Source of the DNA: Clostridia bacterium
Lineage (GTDB): Bacteria > Bacillota > Clostridia > Oscillospirales > Acutalibacteraceae
Assembly: GCA_030536195.1 (NCBI GenBank)
Contig: JAUNQL010000001.1
Coordinates: 1 to 29,020, forward strand
Direction of reading: 5' to 3'
Length of the DNA: 29,020 nt
The position numbers and the translations under genes were made by a program. Below the pieces are notes generated by a model. The model saw only the letters and a program-made list of their open reading frames with translations. It did no database searches and was not told the DNA's origin. This document shows positions 11,342-19,081 of this stretch, one piece after another (within the stretch, counting starts at the first letter, position 1; each line of letters starts with the position of its first letter).

Positions 11342-11397
11342 ACTACAGTTTTTTCATAAATGTCTATAAATTAGCGAACAACTTATATATATTCATT

Positions 11398-11803
11398 TAT
11401 TTTTCTAATTTAGAAAAATATTCAGATTGACAATTTTTGTTAAAACTATAATCACGCTTTACCACGTGAAATAAAAACGTACGTGTGTTCATAAACCACG
11501 TAACTATGTTATTTAGCAAAACCACATTCCTACGTGGTTTTAAACTTGTCAAGGGGTTTTTAACAAAAATTTTTAAGGCAAAATTGCAGAATTATACTAA
11601 CTGTAATATAAAAATGCACATAAAATGTTAAAAACTCGGTGGAAATTGCGGAAATAAAATTTTTATATAACGTAGCATAGGGATTTCTTCGGCGTTTCCT
11701 ACCTTTTGTGGAGAAAATTGGGGTTGACAATACTTGTGATTACACAACGTTAAAAACGCTTTACCACGAGAAAAAGAAATAGCAAAATGCACGAAAATAC
11801 GTG
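11398..11803. repeat. Intergenic cluster of inverted and direct repeats (operator-like array)
   Basis: Perfect inverted repeats 11398-11407/11411-11420, 11432-11445/11558-11571 and 11493-11502/11531-11540; direct repeat ACGCTTTACCACG at 11454 and 11756. Confidence 0.6.
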
Positions 11804-11845
11804 ATTTTTTTGGAAGTATAAATTGCACAAAAGAAAGGCAAAAAC

Positions 11846-12691
11846 ATGGCCAATTTTTTTACACTGAATTATAACAACTGTAACTTGACAGTTGAAAATA
11901 TTCATTGCTTAAACCTGGATTATACACTCGACTGCGGTCAATCCTTCCGTTGGCAGAAGAGAAGTGACGGCCATTGGTGTGCGGTAGTCGACGGAAAATA
12001 CCGTGAACTCTCCCAGGATGCACCTGACTCCATCACCTTTTACAACTGTACAGAGGAGGAATTCAATTCCTTTTGGGTACACTACTTCGATCTTGAAAGA
12101 AACTACGATGAAATACTAGATTGCTATAAGAAGGACAAGTATTTAAAGGAAGCAATCAGTGCCTACTATGGCATCCGAGTAATGAATCAGGACCCATGGG
12201 AGGCTCTCTGCTCCTTTATAATCTCTCAGAACAACAACATACCTAGAATTAAAGGTATTATTAATAGGCTCTGTGAGGCGTATGGTGACAAACTACCAAA
12301 TAGTGAATATACATTCCCATCAGCAGAAACACTCGCAAAGCTTGAACCAGAGGACCTAGCCCCAATCAGAGCCGGCTTTAGGAACAAATACATTATTGAC
12401 GCTGCGCGCAAGGTCGCATCTGGTGAGATAGACCTTGAGGCAATAAAAAAGCTCCCGCTTGATGACGCGGAAGCAGAGCTATTAAAGATTAAAGGTGTAG
12501 GACCTAAAGTTGCACAGTGTGCACTCCTCTATGGATGCGAACAAGTCGATGCCTTTCCAATAGATGTCTGGGTCAAGAAGATAATGGCAGAGCTCTATCC
12601 AAAAGGACTGCCATCCTGTACAAAAGATACACGGGGCATAGCACAACAGTATCTCTTCCATTGGAGAAGAAATAACTCGTCCCACGCATAA
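11846..12691 (+). CDS. 8-oxoguanine DNA glycosylase / AP lyase (OGG1-like, HhH-GPD)
   Basis: TLDCGQSFRW, QDPWEALCSFIISQNNNIPRI, LLKIKGVGPKVA (HhH Lys), FPIDVW. Confidence 0.92.
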   Translation: MANFFTLNYNNCNLTVENIHCLNLDYTLDCGQSFRWQKRSDGHWCAVVDGKYRELSQDAPDSITFYNCTEEEFNSFWVHYFDLERNYDEILDCYKKDKYLKEAISAYYGIRVMNQDPWEALCSFIISQNNNIPRIKGIINRLCEAYGDKLPNSEYTFPSAETLAKLEPEDLAPIRAGFRNKYIIDAARKVASGEIDLEAIKKLPLDDAEAELLKIKGVGPKVAQCALLYGCEQVDAFPIDVWVKKIMAELYPKGLPSCTKDTRGIAQQYLFHWRRNNSSHA

Positions 12692-12724
12692 AAAAAGAGG
12701 CAACCGAAAGGTTGCCTCTTTTTT
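12690..12724. terminator. Bidirectional intrinsic terminator between the glycosylase gene and the tRNAs
   Basis: A-tract, GAGGCAACC-GAAA-GGTTGCCTC, T-tract. Confidence 0.9.
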
Positions 12725-12798
12725 GGTGACCCGGACGAGATTTGAACTCGTGTTACCGCCGTGAAAGGGCGGTGTCTTGACCACTTGACCACCGGGCC
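12724..12798 (-). tRNA. tRNA-Glu (TTC)
   Basis: Reverse complement GGCCCGG...CCGCC-CTTTCAC-GGCGG...TTCAAAT...CCGGGTC-A-CCA; full cloverleaf with encoded CCA. Confidence 0.97.
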
Positions 12799-12831
12799 AA
12801 AATTGGGACCGCTATTGCGGTCCCTCACGCT

Positions 12832-12908
12832 TGGTAGCGGGAGTAGGATTCGAACCAACGACACCCCGGGTATGAACCGAGTGCTCTAGCCAACTGAGCT
12901 ATCCCGCC
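12832..12908 (-). tRNA. tRNA-Met (CAT), elongator type
   Basis: GGCGGGATAGCTCAGTTGGCTAGAGCA-CTCGG-TTCATAC-CCGGG...GTTCGAATC...CCCGCTACCA; paired first base and no GGG/CCC anticodon stem argue against initiator; closest in pattern to Firmicute elongator tRNA-Met rather than Ile2. Confidence 0.9.
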
Positions 12909-12928
12909 ATTTATAAAGCGCGAAAGTT

Positions 12929-12957
12929 ATTATAACGTACAGAATATAAGTTGTCAA
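12929..12957 (-). promoter_or_regulatory. Consensus sigma-A promoter for the tRNA pair
   Basis: TTGACA-17 nt-TATAAT, followed by GC-rich TTCGCGC. Confidence 0.9.
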
Positions 12958-12984
12958 TAACTTTTTCCGCGCCTATAAAACCTA

Positions 12985-13629
12985 TTACAGTAAGATATTT
13001 TTAAGATCCTCAAACGTCGTTGCTATATAGTCGGCATTGTTCTCCAAAAACTCCTCACGCTGACCAAAGCCAAACTCTATACCAATTGATGTAACGCCAA
13101 CTTCGTTTGCACCAATAATATCATAGGACCTGTCACCAACCATTGCCACACGCTTTGATGGCTCAATGCCAAGTCGCTCACAAGCTGTGCGAACAAGGTA
13201 CGCCTTGTTGGCCTCATGATTTTTAAGGTCTGGGCCTACCACTTCCTCATAGAGCTCATCTGCACCAATGTCGTGTACACCCGTTTCAAGGAATACAAGT
13301 GGCTTAGAGGATGCTATGGCAAGCCTTACGCCCTCTGCTTTGAGTGCGGCAGCGAGTTCAAGCATGCCTTCCTTTGCCACAAGCTCGTGTACGCCGGTTT
13401 CAGAATAGTAAACTCTGTATGTGTCAACGAGGTCGTTGGCAAGCTCTGGTGAAATGCCATACATAGACTCATATGTAAGATAGAGTGGAGGACCTAAAAA
13501 CTCATTTAAGCGATCCTCATATATAGGCATATTATATTCATTTAAAGAATACCTAATTGCATTGCGAACACCCTCACCTGTATCGGCTACTGTGCCGTCA
13601 AAATCAAATATAACTGCGTCAAAATTCAT
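12985..13629 (-). CDS. HAD-superfamily hydrolase (phosphoglycolate phosphatase-like)
   Basis: Motif I FDFDGTVADT, motif II ASSK, motif IV MVGDRSYD; substrate not determinable. Confidence 0.85.
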   Translation of the reverse strand: MNFDAVIFDFDGTVADTGEGVRNAIRYSLNEYNMPIYEDRLNEFLGPPLYLTYESMYGISPELANDLVDTYRVYYSETGVHELVAKEGMLELAAALKAEGVRLAIASSKPLVFLETGVHDIGADELYEEVVGPDLKNHEANKAYLVRTACERLGIEPSKRVAMVGDRSYDIIGANEVGVTSIGIEFGFGQREEFLENNADYIATTFEDLKNILL

Positions 13630-13652
13630 GTGTTATCCCCTCTTTGGTTTGC

Positions 13653-13687
13653 TTGTAAATTATACACGAATTTGCTATAATCGGCAA
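13653..13687. promoter_or_regulatory. Overlapping divergent sigma-A promoters
   Basis: Plus: TTGTAA(13653)-17-TGn-TATAAT(13676-13681). Minus: TTGCCG(13687-13682)-17-TATAAT(13664-13659). Confidence 0.7.
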
Positions 13688-13697
13688 TGGTGATAAT

Positions 13698-14480
13698 ATG
13701 AATATCTCGAAAAATAGAATCGCTCTTCTCGATGAAATTCGAGGTTTCTGCGTACTCTGCATGATTTTCTATCATGCTTTTATTTTCATGTATGAGCAAT
13801 ACGATGTTCAGTTCGGATATGACGCTTACACGTTCTTCCTGCCTGTTCAACCTTTTGTCTCATGCATGTTCCTTTTTATATGTGGAATCTGTTGTAGACT
13901 GTCCCATAGCAATCTAAAGCGAGGACTAAAACTCGCTGTGTTTGCATTGGGTCTCAACTTTGTATCTATCGTTCTACTTCCAAAATTTGGATTTGTGGAT
14001 TGCGAGATTTGGTGGGGCGTACTTGATTTCTTCACAGTATGTATCCTCCTCTACGCACTGCTCGAGAGACCTATAATCTCTAGGATCCCAGCCTGGCTTG
14101 GTTGCCTGATTTCAGTAGCCCTTCTCTGGCTATTTAGAGAGTGGGAAACATACGGCACCATCTCAGTTTGGGAGGACATCTCTTGGCAAGCACCAGAGGC
14201 TCTGCGCCAACTTCCTTGGATATTCCCGTTCGGCCTTCAGCCAGACGGCTTCTTCTCAGCGGATTACTTCCCACTTATCCCTTATGGTTTTGTATTCTCA
14301 CTCGGCACCTATGTCGGCGTGTGGGTACACGATGGTAAACTGCCAAGCTTTGCCTATCCAGTACACTCAAAAGTACTCATGTGGCTTGGCCAGAAATGTT
14401 TCCTCATCTATATTATTGAATTACCAATTCTCTTTATACTGTTTGAATTTATCAAATGGATAATCGGAGTTTTAGGATAA
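13698..14480 (+). CDS. DUF1624 / heparan-alpha-glucosaminide N-acetyltransferase-like membrane protein
   Basis: RIALLDEIRG...MIFYH, FLFICG, SADYFPLIP, multiple hydrophobic segments. Confidence 0.75.
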   Translation: MNISKNRIALLDEIRGFCVLCMIFYHAFIFMYEQYDVQFGYDAYTFFLPVQPFVSCMFLFICGICCRLSHSNLKRGLKLAVFALGLNFVSIVLLPKFGFVDCEIWWGVLDFFTVCILLYALLERPIISRIPAWLGCLISVALLWLFREWETYGTISVWEDISWQAPEALRQLPWIFPFGLQPDGFFSADYFPLIPYGFVFSLGTYVGVWVHDGKLPSFAYPVHSKVLMWLGQKCFLIYIIELPILFILFEFIKWIIGVLG

Positions 14481-14491
14481 CGGTGATTGAT

Positions 14492-15118
14492 ATGACCAAG
14501 AAAGAAAGAGCGCTCAAAGCCGTAGAGGCTTTGAAAGCAGAATACCCTAAAGCGGAATGCTCGCTTGTTGCAAGCGACCCATTTCAGCTCCTCGTCGCAA
14601 CGAGGCTTTCAGCGCAATGTACAGATGCAAGAGTTAACATGGTAACTCCTGCCCTATTTGAAAAATACAAAACAGTCGAGGACTTTGCAAAAGCAGATCT
14701 CTCAGATGTTGAGGACCTCATACGCACATGTGGCTTTTACCACGATAAGGCTAAGAGCATTATCGGTATGGCACAGGGCGTGCTTGAGAGATTTGATGGC
14801 CAAGTACCCGACACCATAGAGGACCTCGTCACACTTCCGGGTGTTGGCCGCAAGACAGCCAATCTTATCGTCGGTGATGTGTATAAGAAGCCTGCTGTTG
14901 TCGTCGACACACACCTTATCAGAATCACCAACCTCTTAGGTCTAGTTGATTCCAAGGACCAAAAGACAATAGAATTTGAGCTCAAGAAGATTCTCCCACC
15001 AGAGGAGTCAAATGACTTCTGCCACCGCATTGTAATGCACGGGCGCGCAGTGTGTATCGCGCGCCGTCCACAATGCGACAAATGCTGCATGCGAGACTTT
15101 TGCAAGAGCGCAAAATAA
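14492..15118 (+). CDS. nth: Endonuclease III
   Basis: LVATRLSAQCTD.RVN, HhH LPGVGRKTAN, VVDTH, 4Fe-4S loop CIARRPQCDKCCMRDFC; start set at ATG 14492. Confidence 0.96.
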   Translation: MTKKERALKAVEALKAEYPKAECSLVASDPFQLLVATRLSAQCTDARVNMVTPALFEKYKTVEDFAKADLSDVEDLIRTCGFYHDKAKSIIGMAQGVLERFDGQVPDTIEDLVTLPGVGRKTANLIVGDVYKKPAVVVDTHLIRITNLLGLVDSKDQKTIEFELKKILPPEESNDFCHRIVMHGRAVCIARRPQCDKCCMRDFCKSAK

Positions 15119-15150
15119 AAGAGGCGGTTTAAAACCGCCTCTTATTTTTT
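15112..15150. terminator. Bidirectional intrinsic terminator
   Basis: AAGAGGCGGT...ACCGCCTCTT stem with flanking A and T tracts, between convergent genes. Confidence 0.88.
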
Positions 15151-15154
15151 GCAA

Positions 15155-15547
15155 TTAGTGATGACAGTCGTGTTCGCCGCAGCAATCGTGCTCGCCACAA
15201 TCATGGTCATGATTGTGATCCTCGCACACCTTGTCATTATCGTAGTCAAGTGTGCCTGCGATAAGTGCGTTTATTGCGTCATCTGTCTTGCCGGATACGC
15301 CAGCATATACCTTGATGCCAATCTCTGCGAGTGCATCACGAGCGCCCTGGCCCATGCCACCACAGATAAGTTCATCAACTTTAAACATAGAAAGGAAACT
15401 TGCAAGTGCGCTATGTCCGCCGCCATTAACTGGAACCAAATGAGCACCTACTACTTTGCCGTCCTCTATGTCATAGAGTTTAAAGTGTGTTGAATGTCCA
15501 AAGTGCTGGAACACTTCGCCACCTTTATAAGTAACTGCTACTCTCAT
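15155..15547 (-). CDS. NifB/NifX-family (dinitrogenase Fe-Mo cofactor binding-like) protein with His/Cys-rich tail
   Basis: VFQHFGHSTHF.LYDIE, LICGGMG.GA..AL...GIKV; tail CEDHNHDHDCGEHDCCGEHDCHH; start set at ATG 15547 after GGAGGAG. Confidence 0.82.
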   Translation of the reverse strand: MRVAVTYKGGEVFQHFGHSTHFKLYDIEDGKVVGAHLVPVNGGGHSALASFLSMFKVDELICGGMGQGARDALAEIGIKVYAGVSGKTDDAINALIAGTLDYDNDKVCEDHNHDHDCGEHDCCGEHDCHH

Positions 15548-15560
15548 ACCGCTCTCCTCC

Positions 15561-16973
15561 TTATAATGTTTCAACCTTAATAAGGTTGGTATTGCCTGAC
15601 TGAGTTGATGTGCCACCAGTGATTACTACAAGATCACCAGACTGCAAATCAAATTCCTTCTTTATTTTGTCCTTAGCTGTGCCGAACATCACCTCTGTTG
15701 AATCGTAAACATCAACAAGAGCAGGTGTTACACCCCAAGAAAGAGCAAGTTTATAGTATGTCTTGATGTCAGTTGTAAGACCTAAAATATCAACTGTTGG
15801 TCTAAAGCGTGATACCATACGAGCCGTTGTGCCAGACATAGTACAAACTGCTATTGCTTTAGCATCAATATCAATTGCCATGCCAACTGTTGAATGGCTT
15901 ATCGCGTCAGTAGTGTTCTTGATGCTAAAGTCGCTATCATAAAAGCGCTTTGCGTAATTGATGTTTTGCTCTGTGCATTCAGCAATCTTTGCCATTGTCT
16001 CTACGCACAAAACTGGATGTTCGCCAGATGCTGTCTCACCAGAGAGCATGATGGCACTTGTGCCATCATAAACGGCGTTTGCGACGTCAGAGATCTCCGC
16101 ACGCGTTGGGCGTGGGTTGGTTGTCATGGACTCAAGCATTTCAGTTGCGATTATTACACGTTTGCCGAGCAAGCGGCAATTCGTAATAATCTTCTTCTGA
16201 ACTGCTGGGAGTTCCTCAAAAGGAATCTCCACGCCCATGTCGCCACGGCCAATCATTATGCCGTCGCACTCCTCACAGATCTCCTTAATATTATCAATAC
16301 CAGATTGATTTTCAATCTTGGCAATAAGACTACCCTGGCAATCGAAACCAAGTGTTTTAAAATACTCTTTTACATCTAAGAGATCCTGCTTGCTAGATAC
16401 AAATGAGAGGGCAAAAAAGTCTACGCCATTTTCAACGCCAAATTTTAAGTCATCCTTATCCTGCTCTGAGAGGAAAGGCTGGCTTAAAACTTTGTTTGGG
16501 AAACTCATTGACTTTCTGTTTGAGAGTTCGCCACCGATAAGAGTGGTACAAATGATGTCTTGACCATTGATCTCTTTTATCTCAAATTTAACCAAACCAT
16601 TATTCAAGAGAATAATATCTCCAACAGATAAATCCTCATGAAGGTGTGGATAGCTTACAGAAACTATCTCTTTTGTACCAACAACATCTCTTGTTGTAAA
16701 AGTAAATGTATCACCATCATTTAAAAAGATTTTATTCTCTTTAAAAGTCTTAATTCTATATTCAGGACCCTTGGTGTCAAGAAGAATTGCAATAGGAAGT
16801 CCGAGCTCATCTCGCACTTCCTTAACTCTGTTCATTCTTTCAAGATGCCAGTCGTGTGTACTATGTGAGAAGTTAAACCTTGCAACATTCATTCCAGCCT
16901 TTGCAAGTTCTGCCAATGTTTCCTTGCTTTCACAGGCTGGACCAATAGTACAAACTATCTTTGTTTTCTTCAT
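15561..16973 (-). CDS. pyk: Pyruvate kinase
   Basis: KTKIVCTIGPA, ARFNFSH, LLDTKGPEYR, IAKIEN, MIGRGDMGVE, ATEMLESM, PRPTRAE.SDVANAV, MLSGETA; start set at ATG 16973. Confidence 0.98.
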   Translation of the reverse strand: MKKTKIVCTIGPACESKETLAELAKAGMNVARFNFSHSTHDWHLERMNRVKEVRDELGLPIAILLDTKGPEYRIKTFKENKIFLNDGDTFTFTTRDVVGTKEIVSVSYPHLHEDLSVGDIILLNNGLVKFEIKEINGQDIICTTLIGGELSNRKSMSFPNKVLSQPFLSEQDKDDLKFGVENGVDFFALSFVSSKQDLLDVKEYFKTLGFDCQGSLIAKIENQSGIDNIKEICEECDGIMIGRGDMGVEIPFEELPAVQKKIITNCRLLGKRVIIATEMLESMTTNPRPTRAEISDVANAVYDGTSAIMLSGETASGEHPVLCVETMAKIAECTEQNINYAKRFYDSDFSIKNTTDAISHSTVGMAIDIDAKAIAVCTMSGTTARMVSRFRPTVDILGLTTDIKTYYKLALSWGVTPALVDVYDSTEVMFGTAKDKIKKEFDLQSGDLVVITGGTSTQSGNTNLIKVETL

Positions 16974-16983
16974 ACTAGGCCTC

Positions 16984-17856
16984 CTAAATACCAATGCCTA
17001 ACAATTCGATCAAAATACCAAAAACTACACCAAAACCATAGAGTATAGCGATGATTTCAGCGTTCTTCTTTTTGTCCTCATTCATACGAATAAGAATTGC
17101 AATACCGATACCCGCTCCAACAAGGAGTCCGCTCATCATAGCGCCAAAAGACAATGCACCAGAGAGATAGAGCTGGGTAATTACAACCGATGCAGCACAG
17201 TTTGGAATAAGGCCAATGAGGCCTGCAACAAGCTCACCTATGATAGGCTTGTTTGTGATGAAATTACCAAGTGCCTCCGCACCAACAAATTCAATAATAA
17301 ATCCAAGTACCAGTGATACAAGGAAGATAAATCCAGTAATCTGAAGTGTATGATGAAGAGCGGATTTAAAGATACCCTCCTCCTCACAGTTGCAGTGGTC
17401 ATGCTCACAGATGTGATGGATTTCTGGGCCGTCAGCCTTTTTACCCTTGTAAAAACGGCGTACACAGAAATCAAGCAAGAAGCCTGCGATAAGACCTATC
17501 ACAATCTTGAGTCCCAAAACTTTTACAATGTCCACTACTGGAACTTGCTCGGAGAGGAATATTGGGAGCATCTCATCAGATGTTGAAAGGTAGACAGCCA
17601 TAAGCGTGCCGACCGTGATTACACGTCCGGCATACAGGCTCGATGCTGCTGCTGAGAATCCGCACTGTGGAGCCGCGCCAAGCAACGCTCCGATAGCCGG
17701 ACCGTACTTGCCCGACCTTGCGATTCTCGCCTTAGCGCTCTCGCCCGCCTTGTGTTCAACATACTCCATAGCGAGATATGTGAGGAACAAGAAAGGTATG
17801 AGCTTTAAGGTGTCCTTGCAAACATCTATTAAAATGTCTAGAATAAGCTCTTTCAT
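16984..17856 (-). CDS. Putative heavy-metal/manganese exporter (ArsP_2 / DUF2899-like) membrane protein
   Basis: GAAPQCGFS, LSTSDEMLP, GLIPNCAAS motifs; His/Cys loop HHICEHDHCNC; family recognised by eye. Confidence 0.7.
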   Translation of the reverse strand: MKELILDILIDVCKDTLKLIPFLFLTYLAMEYVEHKAGESAKARIARSGKYGPAIGALLGAAPQCGFSAAASSLYAGRVITVGTLMAVYLSTSDEMLPIFLSEQVPVVDIVKVLGLKIVIGLIAGFLLDFCVRRFYKGKKADGPEIHHICEHDHCNCEEEGIFKSALHHTLQITGFIFLVSLVLGFIIEFVGAEALGNFITNKPIIGELVAGLIGLIPNCAASVVITQLYLSGALSFGAMMSGLLVGAGIGIAILIRMNEDKKKNAEIIAILYGFGVVFGILIELLGIGI

Positions 17857-17877
17857 GTTTAAATCCTTTAAAGTTTA

Positions 17878-18603
17878 TTAGATAAAGAGAAGTGAGAGTG
17901 CGATAAGGAACTGACCAATATAATAAGTTGTGTGGTTTGTGATTACATCAACCGGTCTGTCCTTTCCCTCGCCAAAGTATGTGCCTGACAAAATAAGGTC
18001 AGAGATGAGGAAGAATATCTCACCAAAGAACATAAAGTCAATTGCGGCATAGTGGAAGTTAGTCATAATTGCAAGGGCGCCGAGAAGAAGTGGCATAGAA
18101 ATAAGGATGCCACCATAAAAACCAGATACCTTCTTGTAATCGCCATAGTTGAGTTTCATTGGCTTCTCAAGGAAGAGAACATTCAAAGCACCTGCTGCAA
18201 CACCAACTAAAATCATGATAATTGAAACGATGATGAACTTTGAGCCTCTCTCAATAATGAAGTTTAAGAAAAGTCCAATTATAATAAGTACATGCTGAAC
18301 TGCAAATACATAGAATCCAGCAAAAGTCCAAATCTTGTTATCCTGTTGATAAACCCACTTAAGATCAAGCCAAATATCTCCGAAGAGGCCGAAGAGCAAA
18401 CCAAAGATTACAAAGAATCCAAGAGTGTTGCTTGTTCCAGCAACAGATGCAAAAAGAGCAGAAATTGCAATGCCCATAAATGCAGCTGAAGCGAGTGACT
18501 TAAAAATTACAGCCTTAGGTGAGAATGCCTTTACTCTTTCTTTACAGAAAAGTGCAAGAAAAACAAATCCAAGACCCAAAAAAACAAATGCTAAAATCTT
18601 CAT
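17878..18603 (-). CDS. YhhN-like (lysoplasmalogenase family) membrane protein
   Basis: K..AS, GLFGDIWL, FLISDLIL, YYIGQFLIA motifs; polytopic. Confidence 0.72.
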   Translation of the reverse strand: MKILAFVFLGLGFVFLALFCKERVKAFSPKAVIFKSLASAAFMGIAISALFASVAGTSNTLGFFVIFGLLFGLFGDIWLDLKWVYQQDNKIWTFAGFYVFAVQHVLIIIGLFLNFIIERGSKFIIVSIIMILVGVAAGALNVLFLEKPMKLNYGDYKKVSGFYGGILISMPLLLGALAIMTNFHYAAIDFMFFGEIFFLISDLILSGTYFGEGKDRPVDVITNHTTYYIGQFLIALSLLFI

Positions 18604-18627
18604 AACTTTTCTCCTTTTTGATTTTTG

Positions 18628-19077
18628 CTAATTGTCCTTTGGCTGATTCTTCCTCTGGAAGAGAACAGCCCATACCGTCCAAACAAGGCTTATGCCGATT
18701 GCGATTGCAAGCGCAAATTGAATTGTAAGTCTTGCATAATACCACGCTTCAGTCAGGTTCCTTTGAACCACATTGCTCATTGTGTAATAAAGAGCAGAAC
18801 CTGGAATCAAAGGTATAACTGATGGAATAAGAAGTACAGTTGCAGGTGTCTTTTGAAGTTTTGCAAATACTTCTGCATAAAGAGTACAAAAGACAGTTGC
18901 TATCATTGCAGAGGCAAAGATATTATCCGTGTACTTAAGGCAGAGAAGATAGATTCCCCAAACTAGAGCGCCACCAAGTGTCGCAAGTGGCAAATGCTCA
19001 GGTCTGAGCCTGTAGAGGAGCGCAAAGCCAAGTGAGCCGAGCGCTGCTGTAATGATTTGAATAATCGTTTCTGTCAT
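18628..19077 (-). CDS. ThrE-family exporter, small subunit (ThrE_2 / YjjB-like)
   Basis: GFALLY...GGALVW...PATVLLIPSVIPLIPG..LY; start set at ATG 19077. Confidence 0.8.
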   Translation of the reverse strand: MTETIIQIITAALGSLGFALLYRLRPEHLPLATLGGALVWGIYLLCLKYTDNIFASAMIATVFCTLYAEVFAKLQKTPATVLLIPSVIPLIPGSALYYTMSNVVQRNLTEAWYYARLTIQFALAIAIGISLVWTVWAVLFQRKNQPKDN

Positions 19078-19081
19078 ACGC

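Noticed and set aside
11427-11452. Perfect TTGACA and TATAAT hexamers as a sigma-A promoter
   Set aside because: The spacer is 14 nt, too short for a functional sigma-A promoter, so it is not listed as a feature.
11479-11490. LexA (GAAC-N4-GTTC) box-like GTACGTGTGTTC between two repair genes
   Set aside because: One mismatch in a core arm, not positioned at a supported promoter, and explained by the local CACG/CGTG repeats.
11432-11571. MITE/IS remnant interpretation of the 14-bp terminal inverted repeats
   Set aside because: No target-site duplication is visible and there is no transposase or second copy in the window; kept only as an unexplained repeat cluster.
11628-11828. 66-aa minus-strand ORF in the intergenic region
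   Set aside because: No RBS, no recognisable motif, and composition typical of AT-rich non-coding DNA.
12724-12908. tRNAs as an integration site for a prophage or island
   Set aside because: No duplicated tRNA 3' end and no integrase; the tRNA-Glu 3' end abuts its terminator directly.
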